Of a stretch of DNA of 64,000 bases, positions 35,884 to 46,088 are shown piece by piece (the stretch's first letter is position 1; each line of letters starts with the position of its first letter). This DNA is from Ruminiclostridium sp. (lineage in GTDB: Bacteria > Bacillota > Clostridia > Oscillospirales > Ruminococcaceae). The notes beneath the pieces were generated by a model, which was not told the origin of the DNA, did not search any database, and saw nothing but the letters and a program-made list of their open reading frames with translations. The position numbers and the translations under genes were made by a program. Location of the stretch: positions 163,002 to 227,001 of the forward strand of contig JAZNMN010000017.1 of NCBI GenBank assembly GCA_045579625.1, written 5' to 3'.

Positions 35884-37670
35884 AAGGATACCCTGTCAAT
35901 AATTGATTTTCTGTCAAGCCCTGCTTCGGAAAGCTGGTATTCAACATCGGCATTTTCCACGAAATGCCCGTCGATAGCTATAATTTCGAAATCACCTCTG
36001 AAGCCCGAGGAATAGCCTTCACATAAAAGCTTTTCTCCGATACCGCCCTGTTTCATTCCTTCTTCAAAGAAGAAAATACGGTCATAATGCTTAATAATTT
36101 CTGTTATCTCGCTGCTTATCGGATAGATTTTATTCATAATGAGATAATCTGTATTATCTATATCCTTTATATTATTTCCGACTCTGCCGTAGGATATAAG
36201 GAGAGTCTTACTATTATAACCCGAATAGAAATAATCGCAATACGTCTCGCTTTTACCTGAAAGACAATAGCCTCTCGGATATCTTACCGCTACTACGCCG
36301 GTATCCTCCTTAACCGCTTTTTTAAGGCAGGCCTTCAGATTTACCGAATCCGACGGAGAATAAACAGTAATACCCGGTACCGTAGTAAGCATAGCCACAT
36401 CAAACAAGCCCTGATGAGTTTCGCCGTCCTCGCCTACGAGCCCTGCTCTGTCAACACAGAGAACGATATGCTTTTTTTCAATAGAAGCGTCGTGAATAAT
36501 CTGGTCATAGCAACGCTGCAAAAATGTCGAGTATACTGCAAAAACAGGTATAAACCCTTCTGAGGCAAGACCGCAGGAGAAGGTAAGCCCGTGCTGTTCG
36601 GCGATACCCACATCGAAAAATCTCTCGGGGTATTTTTTTGCGAAATGCTGGAGGCCTGTTGCGTATTTCATCGCCGCAGTAACTGCACAAATACGATTAT
36701 CCTCCTCCGCAAGCTTAACAAGCTCACGCCCCATAACCTCGGAATAGGTAAGATAATGATGATGAACAGGGATTTTCTTGGAAATACCGTGATATTCCCC
36801 CGAATTTTCCTCGGCAGGAACATAGCCCTTTCCCTTTTTCGTCTTAATATGAACGATACAGGGCTCATCTGTAAGCTTCGCCACCTCGAATATCTCGATA
36901 AGCTTTTCTATATCGTGGCCGTTAACAGGCCCATAGTATTTAAGACCGAGGCTTTCAAATATATTACTCTGATAAATTGCAAATTTAATAAGGTCTTTAG
37001 TTCCGCTTATTGATTTCGAAATATCGTTTCCTATGGACGTGTGGGAAAGGAAATCCTTTACCGACTCCTTCTTTTCGAAATAGGATTTCGAGGAGCGCAT
37101 TTTTGTAAGATAATCCGCAACTATCCCCTTATTCTTGGAAATTGACATTTCATTATCGTTAAGAACAATGATAAGATTTCCCGAATGCTTGCTTACGTTG
37201 TTGAGACCTTCGTAGGCCTGTCCTCCCGTAAGAGCGCCGTCGCCAATAACGGCTATAACGTTTCCTTCTTTTTTATTCAGCTCGATTCCCTTTGCGATTC
37301 CGAGAGCCGCAGAAACGGAAATACTGCTGTGTCCGCCGATAAAGGCGTCGTGTTCGCTTTCGTTTGAACGAGGAAAGCCCGAAATTCCGCCTTGCGTGCG
37401 TAATTTCGGAAAATCCTTATATCTGCCTGTAATAATCTTGTGGGTATAGGACTGGTGACCTACATCAAAGATTATCTTATCTTCGGGAGTTGTAAAAACA
37501 GTATGAAGCGCAACGGTAAGCTCCACAGAACCAAGGTTCGAAGCTAAATGTCCGCCTGTTTTATGAATATTTTCAATTAAAAAGGTTCTTATTTCTGAAC
37601 AGAGCTGTTTTCTTTCGGAGGCGCTCAGACTCTTTATAAATTCAGATGAAATATTTTCATTAAGAAGCAA
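35880..37670 (-). CDS. dxs: 1-deoxy-D-xylulose-5-phosphate synthase
   Basis: GGHLASNLG, DVGHQSY.HK, GDGALTGG, LNDNEMSI, DVGIAEQH, DRAGLVGEDGETHQG. Confidence 0.96.
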   Translation of the reverse strand: MLLNENISSEFIKSLSASERKQLCSEIRTFLIENIHKTGGHLASNLGSVELTVALHTVFTTPEDKIIFDVGHQSYTHKIITGRYKDFPKLRTQGGISGFPRSNESEHDAFIGGHSSISVSAALGIAKGIELNKKEGNVIAVIGDGALTGGQAYEGLNNVSKHSGNLIIVLNDNEMSISKNKGIVADYLTKMRSSKSYFEKKESVKDFLSHTSIGNDISKSISGTKDLIKFAIYQSNIFESLGLKYYGPVNGHDIEKLIEIFEVAKLTDEPCIVHIKTKKGKGYVPAEENSGEYHGISKKIPVHHHYLTYSEVMGRELVKLAEEDNRICAVTAAMKYATGLQHFAKKYPERFFDVGIAEQHGLTFSCGLASEGFIPVFAVYSTFLQRCYDQIIHDASIEKKHIVLCVDRAGLVGEDGETHQGLFDVAMLTTVPGITVYSPSDSVNLKACLKKAVKEDTGVVAVRYPRGYCLSGKSETYCDYFYSGYNSKTLLISYGRVGNNIKDIDNTDYLIMNKIYPISSEITEIIKHYDRIFFFEEGMKQGGIGEKLLCEGYSSGFRGDFEIIAIDGHFVENADVEYQLSEAGLDRKSIIDRVSL

Positions 37671-37696
37671 GTCTATACCTCCTCATAGCTTAAATC

Positions 37697-38197
37697 TTAA
37701 ACCAAAACAATCGGAAACGCCATAGCAATAAGAATACCGAGAAGCGCACCGCATATAACCTGAAAGGGAGTATGTCCGAGAAATTCCTTAAGATCCTTCT
37801 GGAGACCCGATTCCTGTTCGGTTTCGATATCAATTTCTTCATCAAGCTCTTCAATAATCTCATCGTCAAGCTTTCCGACGATTTTCCTTAATCTGTTAAT
37901 TTCTCTTGCGTGGCGTCCTGCCTCGTGGCGTACGCCGCAGGCGTCATACATTACAACAAGCGCAAAAGCCATTGCAAGGGCGAATTCGGTAGAAGCTACG
38001 CCCTCGGTACGGGCAGTAGCGATAGCAAGCGCCGAAACAAGAGCCGAATGCGACGACGGCATACCTCCTGCACCCCAGATTCTTTCGGGGTTAAAGGTCT
38101 TATATTTTATCGCATAAAAAATTGTCTTTAATATCTGTGCGGCAAGCCAGCCAATAAGCGCCACCAATAAAACCACAGGAAACTGGTCTGTTCTCAT
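37697..38197 (-). CDS. Divergent PAP2 family protein (DUF212)
   Basis: GGMPSSHSA, VVMYDACGVR, GHTPFQV. Confidence 0.93.
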   Translation of the reverse strand: MRTDQFPVVLLVALIGWLAAQILKTIFYAIKYKTFNPERIWGAGGMPSSHSALVSALAIATARTEGVASTEFALAMAFALVVMYDACGVRHEAGRHAREINRLRKIVGKLDDEIIEELDEEIDIETEQESGLQKDLKEFLGHTPFQVICGALLGILIAMAFPIVLV

Positions 38198-38214
38198 TTA
38201 GTTGAATATCCTTC

Positions 38215-39099
38215 CTATTTTTTTCTGTCAAGAAGCATTTCAGTCAGCCTCAGGACACTTCCGTTATTTTCAAAAGCATTAAGAGCCTCTATAGCCTTGC
38301 TTGTATATTCTGCGGCAGCCAGCCTTGAATTATCAATTCCGTTCAAAGAAACGTATGTAAACTTCTCTGATTCGCTGTCGCTTCCTACAGGCTTACCGAG
38401 AACCTCATCTGTACTCGTTACGTCAAGTATATCATCGGTAATCTGAAAGGCGAGACCGAGATTTTCCGCATATTCTGAGGCTTTTTCAAGATAATATGCC
38501 TCGTTTCCGCTTTCTGCACAAAGCACACCGCAGCAGCAGGCCGCCTTAAGGAGAGCCGAGGTCTTCATCATATACATTGAAAGAAGCGTCTTATTATCGG
38601 TTCGCTTTCCTTCCGTCTCAATATCAATCTGCTGTCCCCCGATCATACCGTTTATACAAACGCAATCACAGAGAAGCTTCGATATTTTCGCCGCCGTTTC
38701 ATATTTAATCTTACCCCCGAGAGCCGACTGGGCTATGATACCGAAGGGCATTACAGCAAGAGCGTCACCTGCAAGAAGCGCCGTAGGCTCGTCAAAGGCC
38801 TTATGACAGCTCGGCTTACCTCGACGGAGATCGTCGTCGTCCATACAGGGCAGATCATCGTGAATTAACGAAAAGGTATGGATATATTCTATCGCACAGG
38901 CAATATCAAGAGCTTTCTTCCTGTCCCCTCCGCACATTTCGCAGAACATAAGCGTAAGAACGGGTCTTATACGTTTTCCGCCTGCATTAAGACTATGAAA
39001 GGAAGCTCTTGAAGCTCGTCCCTGAGGCAGGTCGAAATCGGGTAAAAAGCTATAGAGCCGTTCCTCTGTCAGTTTTATATATTCTTCCAAAAAATTCAT
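38215..39099 (-). CDS. ispA: Polyprenyl (geranyl/farnesyl) diphosphate synthase
   Basis: GGKRIRP, DDLPCMDDDDLRRG, KTSALL, FQITDDILD. Start moved to ATG 39099 because xseB occupies 39107-39283. Confidence 0.93.
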   Translation of the reverse strand: MNFLEEYIKLTEERLYSFLPDFDLPQGRASRASFHSLNAGGKRIRPVLTLMFCEMCGGDRKKALDIACAIEYIHTFSLIHDDLPCMDDDDLRRGKPSCHKAFDEPTALLAGDALAVMPFGIIAQSALGGKIKYETAAKISKLLCDCVCINGMIGGQQIDIETEGKRTDNKTLLSMYMMKTSALLKAACCCGVLCAESGNEAYYLEKASEYAENLGLAFQITDDILDVTSTDEVLGKPVGSDSESEKFTYVSLNGIDNSRLAAAEYTSKAIEALNAFENNGSVLRLTEMLLDRKK

Positions 39100-39106
39100 A
39101 TACGTC

Positions 39107-39283
39107 CTATTTATTATCAATTTTTTCTACTTCGAGTCTTGCTTCCTCGATACTTTTCTTACATACACCCACAAGCGCGGCCGCTTCGGAATAAAGCTCC
39201 ACTGCTTTTTCGAGGGGTAAATCCTTCTTTTCCATTTCCGATGAAATCTCGGTCAGTCTTTTATATGCTTCTTCGAAATTCAT
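39107..39283 (-). CDS. xseB: Exodeoxyribonuclease VII small subunit (absent from the ORF track)
   Basis: Translated by hand: MNFEEAYKRLTEISSEMEKKDLPLEKAVELYSEAAALVGVCKKSIEEARLEVEKIDNK (58 aa); TAATG overlap with xseA; canonical xseA-xseB-ispA order. Confidence 0.92.
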   Translation of the reverse strand: MNFEEAYKRLTEISSEMEKKDLPLEKAVELYSEAAALVGVCKKSIEEARLEVEKIDNK

Positions 39284-40485
39284 TATTTCTCCTTCTCCGT
39301 CTTATCGACAGTTGCAGTAAATTCTCCGTCGTGAAGCTTTATTCTAACCTTATCGCCCTTAGCGAGCTCGTCCGACGAAAAAATAACATTATTGTCCTTG
39401 TATGTTATTGAATAACCTCTCATCAGGACAGAAAGAGGGTTAAGAGCCCCTATAAGCTCAGCCTTCGAAAGATAAAGGCTTTCCTTATATTCGATAAGCT
39501 TCTTTAAGGAAAGAGCTATGGAAGCGTAAATACCGTCCAATCGCTCCGAATTCATTTTAAGCTTATTATAAGGGCTTTTCTTCTGAATATCCGAATTTAT
39601 AAGCCTTAGAATAACCGATTTATCGTTTATTATATCAGAAGTCTTTTTATAAAGATATTCCCTGTAGCCTTCGAGAGTGCTTTCTATCTCCTTAATATCG
39701 GGAACAGCCAGCTCAGCTGCCGCACTCGGCGTCGGCGCCCTGAGATCCGCTACAAAATCAGCTATTGTAAAATCCGTCTCGTGTCCTACCGCCGAAATAG
39801 TGGGAATACTGCTGTTAAACACGGCTCTCGCTACCTTTTCGGTGTTGAAAGCGGATAAATCCTCCGAGGAACCGCCGCCTCTTCCGAAGATAATGAGATC
39901 TCCTCCCTGACTTTCCGCCTTCTTAAAGGCAGAAGCAATAGAATCGGGAGCGTATTCACCCTGTACACAGGCAGGTATAAGCGCAACCTTAACAAGAGGA
40001 TATCTTCGGTTAAGAATATTCAGAATATCCTGTATCGCCGCACCTGTATCGGAGGTAATCACAATTATTTTACTGACGCTGACAGGAAGAGGTCGTTTCT
40101 GCTTGAAAAGGCCTTCTTCTTCAAGCTTTTTCTTCAGCGCTTCAAACTCGTTTGCAAGCTGACCCTCTCCGGCTTCTGTCATCTCTATGGCGTAAAGCTG
40201 GTAAACGCCGTCACGTTCATAGCACTGAATACTGCCTCTTACCACAACGGACATACCGTTTTCAGGCATAAACTTCAGATTCTCCGCATTAGAACGGAAC
40301 ATCACAGCCTTTAATGAGCAGGCGTCATCCTTAAGGGTAAAATATATATGCCCCGACTTATTATGATATACAAAGTTCGAAATTTCGCCCCTTACCGATA
40401 TGTCCGAAAACGCCGCCTCAGACCTCAGCATAAGGGCAACACGCCTGTTAAGCTGTGAAACCGTGACTGTAAAGGGCTTATTCAA
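39283..40485 (-). CDS. xseA: Exodeoxyribonuclease VII large subunit
   Basis: GEISNF, SGHIYFTLKD, GRGGGS.EDL.AFN, SAVGHETD, APTPSAAAE. Confidence 0.96.
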   Translation of the reverse strand: MNKPFTVTVSQLNRRVALMLRSEAAFSDISVRGEISNFVYHNKSGHIYFTLKDDACSLKAVMFRSNAENLKFMPENGMSVVVRGSIQCYERDGVYQLYAIEMTEAGEGQLANEFEALKKKLEEEGLFKQKRPLPVSVSKIIVITSDTGAAIQDILNILNRRYPLVKVALIPACVQGEYAPDSIASAFKKAESQGGDLIIFGRGGGSSEDLSAFNTEKVARAVFNSSIPTISAVGHETDFTIADFVADLRAPTPSAAAELAVPDIKEIESTLEGYREYLYKKTSDIINDKSVILRLINSDIQKKSPYNKLKMNSERLDGIYASIALSLKKLIEYKESLYLSKAELIGALNPLSVLMRGYSITYKDNNVIFSSDELAKGDKVRIKLHDGEFTATVDKTEKEK

Positions 40486-40897
40486 TGTTTTTTCCCATAT
40501 CCTTTATATAATTACCGAGAACTCCGTTTATAAAGGAGGAATCCTGTTTTTCCGCATACTTTTTCGAAAGCTCTATAGCCTCGTTCACCGAAACCTTCTC
40601 GGGAATATTACTGCAATAGAGAATCTCATATAAAGCAAGACGAAGGATAGCCTTATTTACCTTGGAAATACGTGAAACCTCACGCTTTTCGCTGTATCTT
40701 CCGATAATTCCGTCAAGCTCCTCATACTTTTCAACAACCTTCGAGGCAGTATTCTTTATCTCGTTGTTTACTGCCATATCGTAAGCCTCGACGCAAGCCT
40801 CGGCCGCCTCGGAAATATCGTTTCCCGAAAGCTCATTCTGGAATAAAAGAAGGAAAACCGCTTCTCTTGTGTCTCTTCTTGTCAATTTTTCACTCAT
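40478..40897 (-). CDS. nusB: Transcription antitermination factor NusB
   Basis: R...RE....LLFQ, ILRLALYE, NEAIELSKKY, FINGVLG. Start may be 40903. Confidence 0.95.
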   Translation of the reverse strand: MSEKLTRRDTREAVFLLLFQNELSGNDISEAAEACVEAYDMAVNNEIKNTASKVVEKYEELDGIIGRYSEKREVSRISKVNKAILRLALYEILYCSNIPEKVSVNEAIELSKKYAEKQDSSFINGVLGNYIKDMGKNIE

Positions 40898-40967
40898 AAT
40901 CACAATTCCTAACTTTTTTATGTAATGCCAAGCAGCCCCCCGAAGGCTTCGGAGGGTACTTGAATAT

Positions 40968-41315
40968 TTACTGCTTTATTCCGATAATTCTTACGTTTAC
41001 CTTGGATACCGCTATACCTGTCATATTCTGTACGGCGGATTTTACATTCTGCTGTACAAGCTTCGCAACCTCGTAGGCTTTATAACCTGCCTCGGTAACA
41101 ACAGAAACATCAATAGCCACAGCGTCCGAGGACACACGAACTCTTACGGGAGAAAAAATACTTCCGATAAAGGGGATATCATCAGACGTTTCAAGTCTGT
41201 TTTCCTCCGTTACCGAAACGCCTTTTATTTCAGCAGCGGCAGATTCAGCAATATCGGCAATAACTCTTCCTGAAATCTTTAAAGATCCGCTTGTTTTTCC
41301 TGCTAAACCGTTCAT
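40968..41315 (-). CDS. Asp23/Gls24 family protein
   Basis: LKIS..VIADIA, VQQNVKSAVQNMTG..V..VNV.I; canonical position before nusB. Confidence 0.9.
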   Translation of the reverse strand: MNGLAGKTSGSLKISGRVIADIAESAAAEIKGVSVTEENRLETSDDIPFIGSIFSPVRVRVSSDAVAIDVSVVTEAGYKAYEVAKLVQQNVKSAVQNMTGIAVSKVNVRIIGIKQ

Positions 41316-41410
41316 ATAAGAAATACCTCCGAATTATGTAGATAATACTTATTTTCAGCTTTAAAAATACATTTCAGCCTTTTTATCGGCATTCGTGCAT
41401 TCTTATCAGT

Positions 41411-41439
41411 ATTATACCACAAAAATTCAAAATGTACAA
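41411..41439 (-). promoter_or_regulatory. SigA promoter of the asp23-nusB operon
   Basis: Minus strand TTGTAC-17 nt-TATAAT with extended TG. Confidence 0.65.
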
Positions 41440-42006
41440 CTATTTTATTTCAACTATTGTAATATTTTCTGCCGGTATAGCAATTTCACCTAAAAGAGTA
41501 CTCTTAATTTGTGCAGCCTGACCATTATCGAGACCTTCAGTCTTTACAATTACATTAGCGCTGTTATTCGAAAGATAACATAATGCCTCGGCAAAGCCCT
41601 GTGCCTTAAGAAGATTTTCCACTTTCGTCTCCGTCTCGATATATCCGCTTACGGAAAGTACGTCCTGTGCAATTACAGCCAGCTCCTCGCTTGTACTGTC
41701 TCCGCCGTAATAGAAGCTCTGGAGAACCTCGATTGATTCATCCCTGCTCTGCTGTTTATCGAGACGAGCCTTAGCGAAATATTCATCCGAAGAAAGAACA
41801 GTATCCTTCTCCGCAGAAAACTCTGAGGAAACGAACTGTACCTCGCCATAGTTGGCTACCTCGGTATTCTGAACGTTATCCGCAGTTTTTATATCCTGTG
41901 ACGAGGAGTTCAGATAGTTTATGTAAACCGCCGCCCCCAGCAGTACTGTAAGTCCAGCCAGGATAATCTGTTTTCTTCCGATAATTAGGTTTATTCTTCT
42001 TTTCAT
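41440..42006 (-). CDS. spoIIIAH: Stage III sporulation protein AH
   Basis: N-terminal TM (GAAVYINY), YFAKARL, E.LLKAQGF; last gene of the spoIIIA operon. Confidence 0.88.
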   Translation of the reverse strand: MKRRINLIIGRKQIILAGLTVLLGAAVYINYLNSSSQDIKTADNVQNTEVANYGEVQFVSSEFSAEKDTVLSSDEYFAKARLDKQQSRDESIEVLQSFYYGGDSTSEELAVIAQDVLSVSGYIETETKVENLLKAQGFAEALCYLSNNSANVIVKTEGLDNGQAAQIKSTLLGEIAIPAENITIVEIK

Positions 42007-42026
42007 TGGTTATTACCAATCCTTTC

Positions 42027-42467
42027 TTAATTTATTACACTTACTCGTGTGGTACTTATTCCGAATACGCCCGATACAGCCTGGGTTATTTTCTCCTTGA
42101 CTATAACGCTGTTCCCGCCGTCACAGACAACGATAACGCCTCTTACACAGGGCGCTCTTACAGATAAAAGCATATCCTTCGTTTTTCCGTATTCGTTTTC
42201 CTCCGCTGTATCAAGCGTTACCATAACATTGATATTACCGGCTCCGTCTATTCCCGAAAGTATATCCACAAGCCTTTCCTCAAGCTTTTTTTCATATTCC
42301 GAAAGCTCGTATCCGGTAACGGCAGCCGAGGCCTTCTTATCGCTTCCTCCTAATCCGCTTAAAGCAATAAGGAGTATTATTATGCCTCCTGCAATAAGAA
42401 TAAGCTTAACCTGTTTTTCGCCTTTAAATAAATCCTTAAGCTTTCCGATACTAAATATCCATTTCAT
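42027..42467 (-). CDS. spoIIIAG: Stage III sporulation protein AG
   Basis: LE.RL..ILS.I.GAG...VMVTL, P.VRGVIVVC.GG. Confidence 0.88.
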   Translation of the reverse strand: MKWIFSIGKLKDLFKGEKQVKLILIAGGIIILLIALSGLGGSDKKASAAVTGYELSEYEKKLEERLVDILSGIDGAGNINVMVTLDTAEENEYGKTKDMLLSVRAPCVRGVIVVCDGGNSVIVKEKITQAVSGVFGISTTRVSVIN

Positions 42468-42471
42468 TTAT

Positions 42472-42936
42472 TCAGCCTTCCTCAAGTGTCACATCCGTAT
42501 TGTATCCTACCAGGGACTTTGTAAGCTTCACCGCCTTCCCTCCGTCGATTTCGGCTATTTTTCTGAATATAAGCTTTACTTCAATAATAGATATGCTGTC
42601 ATTGTCCGAAATATTAGTATCAATATATATTTTTTCGGGATAAATTCCCTCTTTGGCGAGAACTTCTTTTATGTTGCCTTTAAGTATTTTCGCTGTTTCC
42701 TGTGCAGTAAGCTCATCAACCTGAACCGAGTAATCTCTGTAGCCTGTGCTGATATTGCCGATTTCATCAACAAAGCTGAGGTCAAAGCCCTTACCGAAGA
42801 AGATGACGCACGCAACAAGGAAAAATACCGATATAAGAAGCCTCATCTGTTTTTCGTATTTTCCGTCGGGTACGAGAGCTTTTATTATGCCTGTAAGGAT
42901 AGCGGTCATACTTATATTAAAAAGCATATCGTTCAT
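42472..42936 (-). CDS. spoIIIAF: Stage III sporulation protein AF
   Basis: Two N-terminal TMs, LVP.GKYEK; operon position. Confidence 0.75.
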   Translation of the reverse strand: MNDMLFNISMTAILTGIIKALVPDGKYEKQMRLLISVFFLVACVIFFGKGFDLSFVDEIGNISTGYRDYSVQVDELTAQETAKILKGNIKEVLAKEGIYPEKIYIDTNISDNDSISIIEVKLIFRKIAEIDGGKAVKLTKSLVGYNTDVTLEEG

Positions 42937-42939
42937 ATT

Positions 42940-44052
42940 TCAACTCCTGCAGATAATAAGCATAAGGGCGGTAGAAACCGTTACAAATACAAAGAAACAG
43001 GAAATAATCGCAAGAATTATCGACATTACATTTTCCCCTGCCTTTATCATTCCCGAGGTTCTTTCGTTTCCGAAAATATCGCCCACAATTCCAGCTACAA
43101 AAAGAAAAAATTTATATATAAGGGTATTTATGAGAGTAGGAAGAAGAATTGTCGCTCCCGCCACAATTCCGAAGCTTCCTATTCCCGATTTTAAAAGCTG
43201 TATGCTTGTTTTTACAGTAGCTAAGGCGTCGGAAACCGCCCCTCCCACAATAGGTACAGAGGAGGACACGGCAAAACGAGCCGCTTTAAGAGCTATGCTG
43301 TCCGTAGAGGCGGAAATAGAGCTCTGAAGAGAAAGTACACCGATAAAAAGCGTCATTATAAGACCGAGAGCCCACGTAACCGCCTTTTTAATACCGTCGG
43401 TAAGCCTTTCAAGCTTAAGGTCGGGGTTTAAGCCTCCTGCCGCCGATATACCGAGAAGGGAGCTTAAAAACGGAAGTAACAATCCTGTTGTCGCCTGCGC
43501 CATAAGCTGTATCGCCACTATCATAACAGAACTGAAAACCGTAGCCGAAGAAGCCTGTCCCTCCGCCGCCATTACGCCGCCGAGAATAGGTATATATGTA
43601 AGCATAAAGCCCGATGAGGTGGAAAGTACTGCCGCTGTTGCAGTAAGACTTTCACTGAGATATACCGATATAATTACAGTTATGCATAAGGAAGAAAGAA
43701 GCGTAAGCGCCTTATCGTAGCTTTTATTCGTTCCGTCGGCACGGAGCGCTGAAAAAAGCGAGGAAATAAGTATTACCCCGATAAGTGAAATGAACATTTT
43801 TGACGGCTTTTCTATGTTCTCCGCCGCTATATTTATAATGTCCCCAATAATATCGGTTACCGAAATATTGCTGAATCCGTTGTTTTCGGGAGTTATATTG
43901 TTTTCCTCCATATAAGTGCGGCTTTCCTCAGGGAGTGCGTCAATAAGCTCGTCCGTACCGAAATCCGCCGAATATATTACAGGCGAAAAACATAACACAG
44001 CTATAATTGCTGTAAAAACCGATACCGCCCATTTTACTTTTTTCAACATCAC
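42940..44052 (-). CDS. spoIIIAE: Stage III sporulation protein AE
   Basis: Multi-TM; VPIVGGAVSDA, K...G..G motif. Confidence 0.9.
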   Translation of the reverse strand: MMLKKVKWAVSVFTAIIAVLCFSPVIYSADFGTDELIDALPEESRTYMEENNITPENNGFSNISVTDIIGDIINIAAENIEKPSKMFISLIGVILISSLFSALRADGTNKSYDKALTLLSSLCITVIISVYLSESLTATAAVLSTSSGFMLTYIPILGGVMAAEGQASSATVFSSVMIVAIQLMAQATTGLLLPFLSSLLGISAAGGLNPDLKLERLTDGIKKAVTWALGLIMTLFIGVLSLQSSISASTDSIALKAARFAVSSSVPIVGGAVSDALATVKTSIQLLKSGIGSFGIVAGATILLPTLINTLIYKFFLFVAGIVGDIFGNERTSGMIKAGENVMSIILAIISCFFVFVTVSTALMLIICRS

Positions 44053-44435
44053 AGCATAAGCCCCTTTATAATCTCTATAAGCTTTTCGAAAAGCGGAACT
44101 GAAATAAGAAGTACCGCTATCTTTCCCGCAAAATCAACCTTACCCGCTATTGCGGTTTCTCCGCTGTCACGACAGCAGTCAGACGCAAGCTGGGTAACAT
44201 AGCATACTGCAAGAGCCTTCATAAGTATAGCGGTATATTCCGCGTCGGTATCTATTATATCCGTAAGCTCGCTAATAAGGTTTATAAGCGGATAAACCGC
44301 AGTAAGCACTCCCCCCATAATAAGCAGGGACGCTCCGAGAGATATAAAAAGACTGAATTCGCCGTTATACTTTTTTATTACTGCCGATAAAGCCGCCGCC
44401 GTAATTCCGAGAGCGGCTATTGCCATAACATTCAT
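44049..44435 (-). CDS. spoIIIAD: Stage III sporulation protein AD
   Basis: KAL...Y.TQLASD.CRDSGETAIAGKV..AGK. Confidence 0.92.
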   Translation of the reverse strand: MNVMAIAALGITAAALSAVIKKYNGEFSLFISLGASLLIMGGVLTAVYPLINLISELTDIIDTDAEYTAILMKALAVCYVTQLASDCCRDSGETAIAGKVDFAGKIAVLLISVPLFEKLIEIIKGLML

Positions 44436-44629
44436 TACAGATTAAATACTTCCCTTATCGTCTGAAAAAGCGTACCAATTTCGCCTATCAGCATCATCAG
44501 CACGACCACAAGTCCTGCTATCGTCGTCATCATAGCCTGTTCGTCACGTCCCGAACGCTGGAGCAGGAGATTAAGTACGGCTACCACAATACCTATCCCC
44601 GCAATTCTGAATATAAGCTCAACATCCAT
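44435..44629 (-). CDS. spoIIIAC: Stage III sporulation protein AC
   Basis: MDVELIFRIAGIGIVVAVLN.LL..SGRDEQA. Confidence 0.95.
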   Translation of the reverse strand: MDVELIFRIAGIGIVVAVLNLLLQRSGRDEQAMMTTIAGLVVVLMMLIGEIGTLFQTIREVFNL

Positions 44630-44648
44630 AGCTTTTTACCTTTCATAG

Positions 44649-45161
44649 CTATATTACCATTATTCCGATACCTATACCCGTAAACATCCACATACTAAGT
44701 ACGAGCTTCTCACTTTTCAGCTTTTCGGATACGGCTGTATCAAGATTCTTTCCGATAAGCTCCGAAGCCATCGTAAGCATAGAAAGCTGACCCTCGGTAT
44801 CGGTATCCCCAAGGTTATTCCCGACAGAAAGTATTATTTCTTTATCATCCGTGTTAAGATAAACCGTTTCCTCGAGAGCCTTACCCCATATATTCTTAAT
44901 TTGGATATTTTCGCCCTCGAAGCCTTCCTTAAGCTTATGCAGAAACATTGATTTTTCGTATCTGTCCTTGCTTAAAAGAGAGGATAAAAGCTCTCCGACA
45001 GGAACAGCCCTGAACCTTATCATAACCGATATCTCCTCCAGAGCCTCCCTTATCAGCATCAGCTCCGAGCATCGCTTTCTATACCGAGACGAGTGAATTA
45101 CTCCTATTGATATAAAGATTATTACAATCGCTAAGGCTATCAGCGGCTTTACCATTTTCAA
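44649..45161 (-). CDS. spoIIIAB: Stage III sporulation protein AB
   Basis: G.NLG.TD.EGQ motif; operon position. Confidence 0.85.
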   Translation of the reverse strand: MKMVKPLIALAIVIIFISIGVIHSSRYRKRCSELMLIREALEEISVMIRFRAVPVGELLSSLLSKDRYEKSMFLHKLKEGFEGENIQIKNIWGKALEETVYLNTDDKEIILSVGNNLGDTDTEGQLSMLTMASELIGKNLDTAVSEKLKSEKLVLSMWMFTGIGIGIMVI

Positions 45162-46035
45162 TTCTCCAGAGTCCCTTTATTTTCCCGATTTTTCTTCCCT
45201 TTTCGAGACAGCATATATAATTTACCGTCCCTGAGGAAAGAATCCTCTTTATACCGTCGTTCTCATTTATTTCGCTGACATTTCCGCAGTGCATCGTAAG
45301 AATAAGCTTTATTCCGAGCCCCGAACAGTCCGAAAGCTCATCATACTGCCCCGTAACCTCATCGCAGAAGAGATATTCGGGAGATAATGTCTTAACCGAA
45401 TGAAGTAAAGCGTCCTTTTTCGGAAATCCCGTAAGAACATCACAGTTAAGACCTATATCATTCTGCGGTATCCCCTTAAAGGAAGCGGCAATCTCTCCCC
45501 TTTCGTCAATAAGAGCTGTCTTTCGGAAGGCGGAAAGAAGGCGGCAGTAATCTCTTAAAAACGTAGTTTTTGCGGATAAGGGTGGCCCGATTATAAGAAG
45601 GCCCTTGAAATCCTGCTCAAAGGCGGTAAGGCTGAAAAGTCTTTCGGAACAGCCTGTATGCTCATTGGAAATCCTTATATTTAGAGAGGATATATCCTTG
45701 ATTGTACGTATTTCCCCTGCTTTTACAAGCGCAGTTCCCGTAAAGCCCGCACGGTGACCGCCCTTAAGGGTAAAAACGCCCTCGGCCAGCTCTTTTTCAC
45801 AGCTATAGAGCGAGTAATCGCAGAAATACTTTATACATTCGTATATATCGCCTGTTGAAGCTATAGCGCTGTTGCAGATATACCTTTCATCGGGGGTTTC
45901 TATTATAAGCGGTCGCCCTGCTCTTACCCTTATTTCAAGAGCCTTTTCCTTGATTTCGTCGGGTACTGATGAAAGCGGAGAGTAAAAAGGCGGAAGCATT
46001 TTAATTACATAATTGAATTTGTCCGTTTTTTTCAT
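45079..46035 (-). CDS. spoIIIAA: Stage III sporulation protein AA (ATPase)
   Basis: EIRVRAGRP, GHRAG, SLNIRI, GPPLSAKTTFLRD, DERGEIA. ATG 46035 has a GAAAGGA RBS (track start 46059). Confidence 0.92.
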   Translation of the reverse strand: MKKTDKFNYVIKMLPPFYSPLSSVPDEIKEKALEIRVRAGRPLIIETPDERYICNSAIASTGDIYECIKYFCDYSLYSCEKELAEGVFTLKGGHRAGFTGTALVKAGEIRTIKDISSLNIRISNEHTGCSERLFSLTAFEQDFKGLLIIGPPLSAKTTFLRDYCRLLSAFRKTALIDERGEIAASFKGIPQNDIGLNCDVLTGFPKKDALLHSVKTLSPEYLFCDEVTGQYDELSDCSGLGIKLILTMHCGNVSEINENDGIKRILSSGTVNYICCLEKGRKIGKIKGLWRIENGKAADSLSDCNNLYINRSNSLVSV

Positions 46036-46088
46036 AATCTTGTCCTTTCGTTTTTTCAAGTTTATGCGTACCCGACGTAATATAGAAC

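Noticed and set aside
40936-40956. GC-rich hairpin between asp23 and nusB as a terminator
   Set aside because: Short stem with a mismatch and no T-tract on the coding strand; at most an RNA-stability element.
42049-43327. Long + strand ORFs (381 aa and 193 aa) in the track
   Set aside because: Antisense shadows of spoIIIAE/AF/AG, with no recognisable motifs or RBS.
43453-43460. GAGAAGGG (B. subtilis SRS octamer) as support for the terminus
   Set aside because: It is on the + strand to the right of the candidate dif, so it points away. A single coding-region hit is uninformative, and the orienting motif of this lineage is unknown.
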